A stretch of 58,784 bases of DNA, filler included, from Sphacelaria rigidula (GCA_964200075.2; 7 parts of 7 records of this genome joined end to end with filler, not necessarily neighbours in it), one strand, 5' to 3'; shown: positions 38,645 through 52,674, counted from the whole stretch's first letter. Program-made: numbers and translations. The notes: a model not told the origin generated them from the letters alone.

Positions 38645-39387
38645 CCTCGCGATGTACGTAATATTCTGTACCTGTACAGATTACAGGTTATGTACCAATA
38701 CCATACCCTGGACCACAGGCATTGTCAAAACGTGTATTGCGTACAGTATCCAATATTTTGCCTATTGTATAACACGATGTATTCAATTAGCACGGAAGAT
38801 TCTTCCTGACACATGTAAATTATTGTCCAAGTTATGGACGATATCCACGTAACGGCATTGACCTGCAGAGCAGGGTTATAAATAGGGCCTGCCGGCCCGC
38901 AGATATTTTGGTAAAATTGGGCCCAGCGCAGGTCCGCGGAGCGGCAATCTGCGGCTTGCCGCAGGAAAAAAATGGGCTGCACTTTTTCGCCTACGAAGAT
39001 TTTTTTCTGAGGCCTTATTTTTTGCCTACGGCGAAAAATAAATTGGGGCGTTTTTTTTCCGTTGCAGGAGGTTACTGCACACATGATACGGCAAAAATGT
39101 GGCCATTTTGACCAATTTCCAAGGGTATTTAAAACGTTGAAGCCCATTTTTGCTTGCGCTCTATTTACAGCCCTGCTGCAGAGCACTATATACGCATTAC
39201 ATCATGGGCCTGTGGGGCCACCGTTCGATGTGATGTATTCTCCAAGGTTCGATATGCACAAAGCCCAATTGACCTGTAGAGAACGATACGCACGTAACCT
39301 TATCGACCTGTGGGACTATCGCTCATGACCGAACTGATCTCTGAAGTTTTCAGTGTACTGCTTTTTTTTTTTTCAGCCTACTGCCAT

Positions 39388-39645
39388 GCCCCGGTAGGGT
39401 AAATTATAATGGTCCAGTGTAACGATTAGGGTGGAAATGACGTGGGTTCGATTCCCGATGCGTTGTGTTTTTATTTGAAGTATCTGATTGTTACCGTCGA
39501 AAACGTGAGTACATGGGTACAGTAAAGAAGTAGTTGAACTGAGTTAGTTAGACGAGAATTGACGCAGTGCGGGAGTGTTGATCCAATCCGCGAGACCGAA
39601 AGGCAAGGCGCGTACCGGGGAGAGATTTGTTGATACCTCGAGACC
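39388..39645 (+). mobile_element. tRNA-derived SINE
   Basis: Box B GGGTTCGATTCCC at ~39444-39456. Body homologous to 14460-14720 and 56760-56987. Confidence 0.65.
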
Positions 39646-40440
39646 GTGCAAGGTGCGACAAATAAATAAGTACATGAAAAATAAAAACCCAGTTTGTTCG
39701 TTCCACCTTTCTGATTTCCTCCCTTTTCTTCAGCGATTGTTTCTGTTTTGTTCAACTTGGGTACGTTCATCTTGTGGATAATGACCACGGCTGGGTGGAT
39801 AATGACTCTCGGGTACCAGTTAACGTACGGCAATCAACCGATCAGGCATGCCAACAAGCAGCAATGCGATGAGTGAGGCACTATCTTGTCCTTGTCTTTT
39901 CCCCTTGTAGAGTTCCCTTATAATAGCGGGTGTTTCCCCATTTTTTCTGCTCGGGTAGAGTCATGCTGCGATAGAGGGGAGGGGGGGGGGCGTACTCAGA
40001 GGGGAGGGGAGGGGGGAGGGGTGGGGGGGGTGATCCCACCACAAAAACGGCTCATAAGTGTATCAGATGACCTGACACATCCGCGGTGCGCGCTTGTACT
40101 TGGGGTATAAGACGGTGTCAAGCGGTGTGAATGAGTGTTGCTTTTACTCACGGGTACCAAGCGCTTTCAAACGATCGTTGCTGCTTCCAGCTACGAGCTA
40201 CAGAAAAATTCTGTGGAAGCAATAACTCAAAATACCCCCCCTCCTCCTCCTTTCCCTATCGTAGCATCACTCGATTCTACATAGCTTGTGACCACCGCTG
40301 GATTCCTGTCACAGTGGTCACAGTGGTCACAATGGATAAATTGATGTGCAATATTCAATATTCGACTGATTAATCAATGTTTCGTTGGTTGTTGTTCGCT
40401 CAACTGGGCTATGCTTCTTTCTTTCTTTTTTCCTGTTCAG

Positions 40441-41619
40441 GTACGATTTGACGCGACTAGCGCAGCCTTACCTCAAGGAGCTCCTCGACTTGCGAGACGG
40501 ATCTTTCGCCTTGTCAATTGCGAAGAGTTTCGCAAAGAAGGTGGGTCAAGTCCTACATCCTTTTATTACTATCATGTTTTTTTTTTTTTTCGTCTCCGTT
40601 TCCCTGAAGTTTGAAAGACTGGACGACGCAAGCCACTTGTCCCCATGTGCAGGACTATTTTTTCCCGCTCACCATCCACTCGAAATCGTTCGTTCGATCG
40701 AATGTCAAAACTCAACATTCGCACAAAAAAAAAAGGTAATGAAGAAATGCGTGATTTGAAACATAACATGAAAAGTGCAATTTTTTCGTTGGAATATATT
40801 TATTGCTTTGTTTTTTCCCCGTCGTTTTCACGCAAACAATGCCCTTGCTTCGAGAAACGGAAGATTTGTCCGAAGATTTTTCCCCGGATCACTGCGAAAA
40901 AAAGTCGTTCCGAGCCGAAAGTTTCGGACGTGACAGAAATAGGTGATATGTACATGGATTTTTGCCGGTTGGTCCCGTGCAAAATACGATTCGAAACGTT
41001 GAACGATAAGTGCCGTATGTGGAGAGCCGTATATATCAGTTTGTGCGCGTTTTGTGAGCCTTGAATTATCGTCCTCAAGGCGGAAGGACGGGGTTGAATG
41101 TTCCGAGTTGTGACAAGCGGTGCAAATCAAGGTTCATCTTTTCCGGCGGAAGCGCTCCCCCCCCTCCCCCAAAGTCGAAAGGGATGCGTGGTCAATTATC
41201 ACACGACTAAGATAAGCAACAAATGAGTAGGCCCCCCACTCCCCCCAAAGATCCACAATGGAAGAGAAAAAAATGAGAAAACAAAACGAAGGCAAAGGCA
41301 ACAACATCCATTGTTACCTCCGTCGTATGTCTTCATACATTATGTACGTGCACACATATATTTTCTCCGCTGTGTTTTATAAACCAGTCATGAACGGAGG
41401 AATAAACCCCAAATCGGACGAAAAAAAGCCGGGGTAATTCCCGCTGTGCCCCATCGCTTTCCCACTCCCCTCTCCCCCTTTTTCTTTCATATTTTTGCCT
41501 TTCTCCCGCAGGTGGGGTGGCGACCCGAGGACCTGGAGGCCGTGGTGAAGAGCCCTAGAAACGTAGCCTACGTTGAAGGCGTCACGCGGAAGCTAGAGCA
41601 AGGCGACCTCAAGCTGAGG
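40441..41619 (+). CDS. ABC1/AarF-family kinase (ABC1K7/ABC1K8-like), two C-terminal-region exons
   Basis: Exons 40441-40540 (YDLTRLAQPYLKELLDLRDG..AKK) and 41512-41619 (VGWRPEDL..KSPRNVAYVEGVTRKLEQGDLKLR). Both have polypyrimidine-AG and GT boundaries and are in phase. LEQGDLKLR is typical of plastid/cyanobacterial ABC1 kinases. Confidence 0.78.
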
Positions 41620-42608
41620 GTGAGTACCGTGCGGTATCTTGACAATACTGTGCTGTAGTGCCAGGAGAGAGATAGGGTTGATATCTTTGAGACCACTGAC
41701 TCGTTCGGAGAAGGGGGGGGGGGCGTCGTACTCATTTGTTGCTTGTCTTGGTCGTTTGACCATTGACCACGCGTCCCTTTCGAGACGGAGGAATTTGAAG
41801 CGTGACGATACAAAAAAGAAAAGGAGGACGACAAATTAATATCACGGGAAGAAGAAAACGGGCATTCTATTTGAAAGGCGTCCTTCGAGAAGGAGGGAGG
41901 GAGGAGGGGTGTACTCATGATCATGCTTGCCATAGTCATAAGACCATTGACCTCGCATCCCNNNNNNNNNNNNNNNNNNNNNNNNNNNNNNNNNNNNNNN
42001 NNNNNTTAATTAATTAANNNNNNNNNNNNNNNNNNNNNNNNNNNNNNNNNNNNNNNNNNNNGCGTGGCCGCCGCACCCCTTCTGCCCGTCCGTCTCCCCC
42101 TTGCGGTCTCTGTGGGCGCACTAGCCGGGGTCACACACGAGTTTTTTTTTTTCTATTTGTTTTTAGTGCCCCACCTTCCTTCTGCGGTGTTTGCCTTTAC
42201 TTTTTTTTCGTGAGAGGGGTACAGCAGTCCCTTTCCCTCGTCGACCGTTAAGTCGAATTTTGTGTACCCACGACATAGTCGTTCTCGACTGTTGGGCATG
42301 GTGTGAGAAAAAATCCCAGATCACTCAAAGATTTAAACTCACGACCCAACCGTCGGAATGTTTCGAGGTTACCAACTGAGCCACTGGGGCGACCGGCTAT
42401 GCGCTGTGCACATATAATATTCGGGAGAGGAGGGGCAGCTCGACGCAACTCAGCAATGGTTGACACACACTTTGCTTTTTTCGCAACTAACGCTAGCGCT
42501 ACCGCCAACCCAAGGCAGTCCGACAGTCCTCGGGAAGACACGCACATGGGAGTTTCGTACGCAAACACACACACACACACAAACATTAGCTAGAGCCGTA
42601 TCCCCCAC

Positions 42609-45042
42609 CTTCACCACGGGGGACACGTTGACCACGTCCTCGAGGGCGAAGGGCTCCGGCGTGTCGAAGTCGTAGCCCCGGCTGAGAACCCGCAAGCCTA
42701 GCCTCTGGCACACCCGCCGAAGAAGCGGAAGCTTGTGTGCACGGTATGCCATCTGTTCAAAAAGAGGCATCGGGCGATAGCGGGGCCAGGAAAGGTGGTT
42801 GGCGCTCGCCAAGGGGTACTGTTGAACATGACAACTTCACGATTCCGGCGGGAGAGTAATCGAGCAGAAAGACATGGCTGACCTGGCCAATTATTTTTCA
42901 GCCAGTGGATGAAAAAGAAGAACGGCAGGGGGGAGGTGCAAAGCCCAGCACTTCGACTACTGCTGCTGCTGCTGCTGCTACTACTACTACCACTATATAT
43001 AGTATTACCACTATTGCTACTACTCTTCCTCCTTCTACAAAGCTCCAAAAGGCTATTTTTCGCCCTGAACACAATAAAAACGTCGTTTGTCGTTCACGTT
43101 CGCTCCATTGAAGAAAAAAGTAAAAGCTCCAGGCTCTGAATGCACTCATGCGCAAAATTGCACTGCGAAAAAAACCAAGTGAAGATAGAGCACACATACG
43201 ACAAAAATAAACAACAAAAAAAGGGGTAAAGATAGAAAAATCGGAAAGAAAAAAAATCGCAATACAAACCTTGGGGTCCTGCAAGTGCCGTCCCCAGATG
43301 AACAAGTCATGTCTAAACCTAGCCGCCACTTCTGCCGTCAAAGACGCCCACAACCCCTCCCGCGTCATTGCCGCCAATCCATCACCGTCCGCGGACGATT
43401 TCATACTCCAACTAATGCTACCCTCCTTTACTGCACCCCCCGCCCCCATCGCGCCCCCGCCCGGCGCCCCCGTCCCTGCCCCGGAACCCGCGGCTGTGGC
43501 TGCCGCACTCGCCGAAGTAATGGCTCCCACAGCCGGCGACGGGCTCGTTGATCCATTGCTGGAAGCGTGTGCTCCGGCCTGCTATCGTTCCGCATTAGCG
43601 TTCAGTGGGGGTATGTTTATCGTACAAAAATGACCACGCCCAGTGTGCAGATCAATAATATCTGGCTCCGGGTTCTATATCTTAGCGCACCAAGGGTAGG
43701 TGTAGTCAGGCGTTTCCTTTTTTGTTATTTCCGCACAACAGGGGATATATATATATATATATATATGTGTGTATACTAAGGTGGAACGAGCGTAAAAATC
43801 TAGGCAAACTGAAGATGTACCGGGACATAATCTACCAAATCAAATTAGAGGGCGAAAATCCGCATCACGAGCCAGACATCCCACACACAGATAAAGAGTA
43901 AACCAAAGTGAAGTGAAAGAAGCGCGAATATGGCCGAGTGTTCGAACTGGGTACTCGCATAAAATTGAGGACCTGCCCAAAATCAGACGGGGACTGAAAC
44001 ATGGGACATGTCCTGCTTTACTACTGTAACGCAGCAAAAACACCCTGAAGTCTCCTCTCACGCGTTGGACCTTTCACTGCCTGTGCTGTTGTGGTGTACT
44101 TACGCACTGTGAATAAAGGCTCGAACAGCATGAGCTGCGATATTGTCGTTGTGCTCGTCTCTGCAAAGAATAGTGTTGGTCGGCACGGAGTGCTAGCTGC
44201 ACACGGTTGGAAACTTCGTGTGTGTTTGGCTGTTTCGTCTTCCGTAAAGCGAACAAGGTGCCGTCCGTTGGAGCCGTGGAATATACTGCACAACTGCATT
44301 GTGTTGGAACCCATGCTATGAGATTAGACCGCACGACCACCAGGTTGTACAGTACTCTCTTGGCAATCCCCAAGTAGAATGGAGCGACCTGATTGGTAGT
44401 TACCCGTTAAATTCTGTCCCGCTGCAAGCTCAGCCTGCCAAAACCTACATCTCGGAATGGTGAAAGGTGAAAAACGACCTCAACCAAGTACAATGGACAT
44501 ACCGTAGTAAAACGCCATACACAGTTTGAGTAAGTCCCCTTGCTGCCTGCTTGCACCCACCCACCCGCACACACACAAATTTGGTGTCTTGTCAGGTGAT
44601 GTCGCAATTGCGCAAAAAAAAACTGAACCAGCTTTGATGATACCAAACCCCGAACGGAGACGGGACCTACTGTATCCCGCGTCGAGGCCGATAAACGGAA
44701 TGAACAAGCGACTTTGGCTCCGCCACTCTTCTGTTCATGTTCGTCATTCTACAGTTTCAACCCCTCCACTTCCCCTTTCCCTCGCACGGGTCGGATCTGC
44801 AGAGCTCGAAGGATCACCAACACATCTTTCTCCTCCCGTACTCGTACACGGCTGGCATTCGCGGAATGGGTGAAGCAGTGCGGGTCCGCGCGAACACTGT
44901 AGGGCGTACTTTCACCTTTGAGTCAGTCTTCGCAGACCCTCCGAGAAGACAGTTCAGGAACCGCTGTATGGCCCGTCCGGGGGCACAGCGTACCGTTGTT
45001 GCCCCGGCCGCCATGTAGCGGTTGAACACGTGAGTTGTCGCC
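42609..45042 (-). CDS. CLU (clustered mitochondria, CLUH/Clu1/TIF31) family protein, three internal exons
   Basis: Exons 45042-44916 (RATTHVFNRYM..IQRFLNCLLG), 43578-43270 (..GLWASLTAEVAARFRHDL..) and 42752-42609 (KLPLLRRVCQRLGLRVLSRGYDFDTPEPFALEDVVNVSPVVK). GT-AG boundaries in phase. The motifs match the CLU central domain. Confidence 0.85.
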
Positions 45043-46715
45043 CTGTGATTTGCAGAACCAAGGAAAGAAAAAAAACACACACATAACACCGCCACTATGA
45101 GTTTCATAGAAAGGAGAAACAGAGAAGAACGACGAATAAGACGAGACGATTCTGTCGGTTCATGTTTGAACGGAATGTACTTACAATGATTCGGGGGGGA
45201 GGGGAGGACGGGGGGAAAGAAGTATGCTGTGCTATGTGAAATCGTTTTCCTCTGACCGGAACGACAGACGTACTTCGCGTATGTGTCATTATCCATCCGT
45301 CACCGATCTTGAGGCTAAAACACACAACACACCACCAAGGAGGAGCTCAGTACAACCCATAAACTGTTTCGATCAGAACAGGGCTCCTCTCTTCTACATG
45401 CGCCCCGAGTGCTACACGATATGCGCCCAAAGTACGACGGAACATGCGCTCAAAACACGCTAGTGAAGATAAATTGTACTTATGCGTAGACTCAAATCTT
45501 TGTACAAGTCATGAACGCCACTTAGACGAGAAAGACCAGTCAGTAGCACGACGTCGAGACCCCAACCCTCAGGCATCCCATACTACCTCTTGGCACTACG
45601 GTACTATATCGGTACCTCCAGTACTGTTGAGCACTTCCTTCAGTGCGGGGTACGGCCATAGCGCGGTCGGTCGTCACCCCGGCATAACCGCACTATACGG
45701 ACACCCTGTGCTGTACTCGTATAGCGCAACAACTTGATATAAGTGTGGTGAGCCGGACTTGTGACGAGTGATTTCAGCCACACTGTGGTGGGACCCCGCA
45801 CTTTAAAAAGACCACACTACGGTGGGACCCCTGCTGGATACACTCGCCTCTGAAGAGCTCCCCCGGGTGACAAGCCTTGGAATCCCCAAAAAGTCATCAT
45901 CTACTCATGAATGAGCATATCCACCATTTTCTACAGCATATATGACTATTATGGGCAGCGTACAGAACATTCACGTTTCGAATTCCCATCCACGGCGAGG
46001 TAGTATGTCCATCATCCATTTACACTGCAAGTGCGTATGTACGGTACCTGGCTGTCATCTCCGTCTCCAGCATCTCGAGCCAGAACAGCGGCATCCTCCA
46101 ACGACGGAGTTTGCCCTCTGCGCGAACCCTGATGTTGGAAAGGAAAAAGACACATATTCGACGACGAGGGGAATGCAAGGGAACGGAATCATTCGACCTT
46201 TCGGACTTCCAACGTTGATCGAGGGCTGTGCTCATGATATTCCATGATGTAGTCATGAGACCATTGACCTCACAACCCTACAAAGCCGGGACGGAGCACG
46301 CTGCGTTTTTCGCCGGACCAGGCTCGGGGGGATGGACTGATGACATATGAGACCACGGACTCAGTGAGTGTCTTGGCACACTTTTTTGATCGAAAAACTG
46401 CGGTGGAAAATCAATTTCTGATCTGATAGGTCCACGGCATTTCTGTTCCTATTTTTCACAGCTTCAACTATTTTTGCAATTGTCATAGTGGCGCGAGGGT
46501 GGAAAATAAAGAACAACGCGAGCTGGGCCAGCAGTAAGTTCCGCATTCGCTTTCCAAACCACAGCTCCTCAAGTTTCCCGAATCAGCGTGACTTGAGCAT
46601 ATCGCTATGAATTGCAGACAAACCTGATAGCACACGGCAGCGCCACTGAATGAAGGAAAAAAAATTATATATATATATATATATATATGTAAATATATAT
46701 ATATATATATATATA

Positions 46716-47522
46716 CTTCCTCTGTCCCATATGTCTGGTCGGTCATGTTTGTACGAGCCCTTAACGTTGTCCGATCCGATTTTCGATGTTTTTTTCTATG
46801 TCTTCGTCGTTTTTTTAGGTTGAACAACTTGTTTTTTGCACCACGCTGTTAAACCATGCGGCCGAACGGCCGCGAAAAAATCAGTCGGCCAAAAAATGGC
46901 CATATTTCGCCCCTTTCGAATCGTGCCAAAAAATGGCGGATTCTGCTTGTTGACCTTCTTCAGCGCCGCCACCTTGGTGGGGGTGAGGAGCAACGGACGT
47001 CCAGTTCTTGCTGTTCGAAAGGTCGACCTCCTGGGTAGCGTCCATCTGTGCTCTGGCGTTTTTCCACAATTTAGTCGGGTACTCGGGACCAACACCGTAG
47101 CGTTCGCAAATTGGCCGTAGCGTTCGCAAATTGGCCCCAGTGAACCCTTGGGCACCCTAGTCTTGCCCGGTGGAATAGCGAGCGCAACCTCCATTGCAAT
47201 CGCATAGCGGCGACCCAATGGAAGCTCACCACGCGTTTTGCGATGGGGGGGGAAGGGGTACTTGGGGGCAAGTCCATCGTATTGTGATGTCTGTGGGCTA
47301 GATGTAGGGCAGTCATCACGAATTCTCATGAAAATTCTCAAAAATGGCCAAAATGGGGTATATTTTGACCTAATTTTAGTATCGCAAATGTTTTTGTTTT
47401 TTTTAATCTGCTGCGTCTGCGTTTTATCCTTCTAAAGAATCGAACTATAGGATAATCATCAACACCGTTCCACCCAAACAAAAAAACGCCCATAACCGAC
47501 CAGACTTATGGGACAGAGGAAG
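46716..47522 (-). mobile_element. Internally deleted Tc1/mariner element with Stowaway/DD39D-like TIRs and transposase N-terminal remnant
   Basis: TA|CTTCCTCTGTCCCATA.GTCTGGTCGGT TIRs with TA on both sides. Minus-strand remnant RRYAIAMEV..ICERYGV..TKLWKNAR..VDLSNSK..GRP. A 20-bp duplication at ~47095-47134 shifts the frame. Confidence 0.82.
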
Positions 47523-47949
47523 TACTGCATTATATATGACCTCGACGACGGACAAAAAAAATAATCTGCGGGGATTTAAACTCATGATCCCCATAACTGG
47601 AGTCTCTTGTACCACTTGAATTAAAGGGGTGCGGCCGTGTCACACGAAAAGCACGACGCAAAGCCCAATTTGAGGTATTTTTGGCCGAAACTTGACCAGG
47701 ATGTCGTTGACGCGAGTGCCCATATGTGTTGGAGCGTTGTCGTCGTTTTCATCGACTGTGAAAAAAGTTATAGAGTTTTTGCTGTTTTCGCTGAAACTTC
47801 AACTCGCTCTAGCTTCATAATTCTTGTTTTTTTGCTCTGCACTCCCAGTAGGGTTGCGCGGGTTGATGATAAACAATGTCGCGTCAAAATTTCAGCGCCT
47901 AACTCTTCGATTTACCAATGGCATCTCCACTCTTCGTACACAAATCGCT

Positions 47950-49170
47950 GTCAGTAGCGAAACTAGTGGGGGTTCCGACGAACGTGAACGGGAAGCAGTA
48001 ATGCAACACGACAACGACGAGAGCAACGAGGAGGGGGTACTTCTGTAAGCAGCTCTTCCTCTCTGCTGTCTTCAGTTGACGTGCCGCACTCCTGCTCCTC
48101 ATCCACGCTCGTCGGACCCCCCACGGGTTTCGCCGTCTCGCCGGCCACTTCTCTCCTCAACATCCACGTTCACAGGGGCAAATTTTAGGCAAAAAAATCC
48201 CCAAGAACTTCAGTTGCCATGACGCACGGCAGGGGCAGTCGCCGGTTGGACGAATATTGCTCGTTCCCACGGCTAGTCTTTGAACGTGTGCATTCAAGGA
48301 AGACGTGGCCGGCGAGACGGCGAAACTAGTGGGGGTTCCGACGAACGTGGACGGGAAGCAGAAGTGCAATAGACGTGCCGCACTCCTGATTCTCATCCAC
48401 GCTCGTCGGAATCCCCACGAGTTCTGCGGTATCGCCAGCCAAGCTTCCCCCCGACAAGGGTTTTCACAGACGCATGAACAAAGATCACAAGTATACTGAG
48501 CTGCCATCGCACTCGGCAGTGACCTTCGCCGGTTGGGCCGAGATTGCTCGTTCCCATGACTCGTCTACGAACATACGTGTTCGGGGGAGACGGGGCCAAG
48601 ACAGCAAAACAGGTGGGAATTCCGACGACCATAGACGGGATTCAGGAGTGCGACACGTCAACAGAAAAAAACAGAGAGGAAGAGATACTTATGTAATTGA
48701 CTATTTTTCTCTGTTGTCTTCAATTGACGCGCCGCACTTCTTCTTCCCGTCCACGTTCGTCGCAATTTTCACTAGTTTTGCTGTCTCGCCGGCCACGTTT
48801 CCTCCGAACACGCACGGTCACAGACGCATAGGCAAGGATTCCAAGTACTGAAACTCGCCATCACACACGGCGGTGACATGTTGCCGGTTGGCCTAAGGTT
48901 ACTCGTTCTCGTGATTCGTCTGTAAATGTGCATGTTCAGGAGAGACGTAGCCGGAGATGTCGTTGCACTTGTCGAGGTTCCGAGGAGATTGTGGGAGGGG
49001 AGGAGGCGTGCGGCACATTAGCTGAAGAGACAGCAGAGAGATATGTAAGTGCTTTCTCTCTGCTGTCTTCAGTTCATGTGCCGCACGCCTTCTTCCTATC
49101 CACAGTCGTCGGAACCCCGACGAGTTTGGCGGCATCGCCGGCCACGTCCCCCTGACCGGCCACGTTCACA
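47950..49170. repeat. Tandem array of about four diverged fold-back units
   Basis: Alternating copies of GGCGAGACGGCGAAACTAGTGGGGGTTCCGACGAACGTGGACGGGAAGCAG and its reverse complement. The unit marker CTCGTTC.C recurs at ~48260, ~48547 and ~48902. Confidence 0.75.
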
Positions 49171-49569
49171 GACCAGTCATGGAAACGAGGAACCCTGGTT
49201 CAACGGGTGAATGCCACTGGTATGTGTAAATATGGCTGTAGTCCTTGGGGTCGTCCCTGTGCGTTACAAGGCACGTGCCGTTTCAGGGAAGCTCCGCAAA
49301 TATATGTATATATCGCTACATTCCATCACACAACAGAGAGCACTCGAACTAGCGCGCCAGAATGATCCACCACAAGCTACTCGTAGTTGACTAGCTAGCT
49401 ATTATTATTATAGGTAACTACAATGCAATACTGCACACGTGGACCGCCCATCAATTCCAACGAAGGATCTGGAAACATGTTGAGATTAGGGAAACACTGC
49501 ACAGTGAGTGCCTCATCTATCAGCGCCGACTCATGGTGGTTCGCTATGATAGAAACGTGCAGAAAGGGA

Positions 49570-50157
49570 AGGGGGGTGGGGGGGTACTCATGATCTTCCA
49601 TGCCATAGTCATGAGATCATTGACCCCGCATCCCTACATCACCTGCGACGGAGCACGACGGGTTTTCGCCGGACCAGGCCCGCAATCAATGACCTAGCGC
49701 GAAGCACCATGGTGTGCTCGGCGAGTCGCATGCTGTTAGATTGTTCGGCCCCAAGCGTACTGATTATCTCGCATGTGGATGACAGCCTGCAATGATTTGC
49801 TTTATTATCTGGTATCGCCACTTCCTGAGACAGTCACGGCACATAAGCTGCCGCATGGGCGTCTCACCATGAAAACATAACGTATTATAGTACAACCACC
49901 CCCTTCGCGCAGAGTTGAGCTTCCCCCACTCCGCACAATATATGATCTAGCTCGACCACCGTCATGGTTACCGCAACAAAAAAAAAAATACGCGAGAGCG
50001 CAGAAAAATAGGTAACCTGGTGGCCTAGCTTTCGCAGTGAGTGGCGTGTTTTACAGCGTCATCGCCAACCGACAACAACCCCATAGGGGGTCCGCCTCTA
50101 CAAAGCCGAGACGGCGCACGCTGGCTTCTCGCCGGCCTAGGCTGGTGGCGGGGGGGG
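49570..50157 (+). mobile_element. ~590-bp element, second copy of 12788-13358
   Basis: Colinear similarity. An internal ~45-bp motif (GACGG.GCACG..GG.TT.TCGCCGG.C.AGGC) occurs near both ends. Confidence 0.7.
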
Positions 50158-52674
50158 TCAAAAGTGTTTTGCGAGAAATAACGTCAAGGAAAAATCCGCT
50201 AAAAGAAAAACAAACACGCCGCCGTTGGTAGCTGTGATCCCGTACACGCGCCTGCAAGGGGCGGCACGAAGTGCGCAAACCGCACAGAAGTAGGCAATAC
50301 AGCCTCGTGACGAGGTTAGTGGGGGGGGGGGGGGGGGGGGGTGAGGCCCAGTGCACAAGCAACCCTTTACAGGNNNNNNNNNNNNNNNNNNNNNNNNNNN
50401 NNNNNNNNNNNNNNNNNTTAATTAATTAANNNNNNNNNNNNNNNNNNNNNNNNNNNNNNNNNNNNNNNNNNNNATACGAAGATTTCAATTCTCCGGGTTT
50501 CTCATCCCCAATAAAAGGCCCATCCCCAATTTGTAAGATCCCGTCTTTCGGGCTGTTTGCGCAGATACAACAGCAGATCACAGCATCACGAAGCAGTTCG
50601 TTGCTCGTGGCAATAGACCGTGTGGTTGGAACCAAGACTGTATGTTGTAATCAAGTCACGCGTCGGATAGCCCCTTCATATATGTCCCGCTTGACCATTT
50701 TTACAGTCGGTATATTCATTTATTCGTGTTTATGAATGCTGCTGCTGCATTCCGGGAGAGACCACGAGGTGTTTGTCAGTCAGGTGACCTCGGGTAATCA
50801 TCGCTGTTAGAAACAAATGTTGCTGATGACGGTGATCCCTCAAGTACAGTACTTCCTCTGTGCCATAAGTATAGTATTTTACGGGTTGCAGATAGTTTTT
50901 CCCCAACGAAGATGCTCACGATGCTTCAGTCAGGCTTGTTGAAAGAAAAATTGTGCTTCTCATTAAAAAATGAAAACGATTCAAATTTTTTTTACTGAGA
51001 AAATTGGGCTCGAAATTTGGAGATTTTCGGGGGGTCAATGTGGAACGTACCGGGCTATCGGCGCGGCAGAGGGCAGGAACGTTGGAAAGGGTGGTAAAAT
51101 ACGATCAGGAAGCCTTCACTAAGGCCCGAGGCTACCTAGCATCAAGTTCCAGTGATGGCGAGGACGGTTGACTTTTACTTTTATGCGCCCCCCCCCCCCC
51201 CCCGGAATGAAGGTGGCATGAAATCGTTTGATGCATCAGACAGTGGCGAAAAAACGATGGTTATTCTAGGAAATAGATGGCCACACACGCCGAAACAGGA
51301 CGGGGATAAGATATGACGATAATGGCTATTGGCAGATTGTATGCCAAACCTATTGATGACGGCAATCGCTATTGATCAGTGTTGCACCAAAAGAAAAAAA
51401 AACATTTTTCGGAACAGAATTTGACCCGTTTTCCCCCTACTGCGCACTGCTGCAACGCGCAGCACCAGGAATAGTGATGTGGAACCGTTGACTGTGGTTC
51501 TCATAACATATGGTCGAAGTGACAGCACCTTTCAGCGTCTACAGCGCGCGTAGGGGCGTGCATCATGAACTGCGCACATCTGCAGACAAAATGCCGATCG
51601 GTACACTGCCGAATGGTCGTGGTCCAGAAAGGACCGCAGTGCAGAGCGGTGTCAGTTTGCTACAATGTCGGCCGCCCAGCCGCTCAGCATGGTAAAGTTA
51701 GTGGACGTGCGAGTACATGTATGCATTCATCTCTAGTACGCGGAGTCTGGACTGCGGGATAGCCGCTTTGAGGGCGCATCGACGGCATTCCCCGAAAGTG
51801 CTTGTGGCCATGTCAGTAATTTGTGCGGGGCTCAATCGTGCGGGCGCTTGGCGCATGTGTTGCCTGTGTTGTGTCCGACTCGTGCGCACAGTTTTATGAG
51901 GAAACACAAAGTCGCAGGCGACAAATCTACAACGAAAGTTGCTCTGAAAATTGGAAGTTCAACGTATTGGGAAGTATCCAAATAAACACGAGATTCGGTT
52001 ACGCTCTGGATACGCCGCATGTCAGATGTGCTCACACAGTATTACGGTACTGTCAAATGCAGCACAACCAGTACAGACAGTACCTTGCATCAGCATTATA
52101 TTGCACTTTATAATGGTCGAGACAGGAGTGCCCAAGAAAAAACCTCCGAGACCCTATGTACCCTCTCCCCCCCCTCTGGCGGTCGTAGGATCTTTTTGTT
52201 TTTTCACGTTAAGAAACACTCAATAATAGCCATTTTGGGGCGACTCAGGTGAGGTAGCGCCTATGGTTATTGGCCCTATCTGCCACCACAAGATGCGATG
52301 CAAATTGGACGCAAATTGGCGGTGCACATAGATGCGTTTAGCTTGATTGAGCAAGCATTGCAGGGCATTGCTGTATTTGTCGTGGAAGTGTGATGTGCAA
52401 TGTATAGCCGAAACTCACAAATATAACTTGGCCTTATTTGGCTCCGAAGGCATGCGAAGAATTAAAGCTTCATTGATCGGCAAAGGTACATTGACTTACA
52501 TTGGCTCTGCGTTATCGACGTCATGTTTGGTAGATCGGCACCTGAATTACTGAGAAGCCAACAACGACTTGGAACAAAGCCAAAACTGCCCCTTTCATAA
52601 GCTATCATTCCCATGCCAGCGTTTTCGCGGCCGGGGCTCCCGGCTTCTCCTGCTTTTTTTACGCTGGAGCCTGT

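Noticed and set aside
39388-39460. tRNA genes (also ~14650-14720, ~35160-35215, ~56351)
   Set aside because: Only A/B-box-like heads with no convincing cloverleaf, each joined to a repeated body, so SINE-like.
47950-49170. CRISPR-like array
   Set aside because: Units are ~300 bp and diverged, with no unique spacers, no cas genes, and a eukaryotic context.
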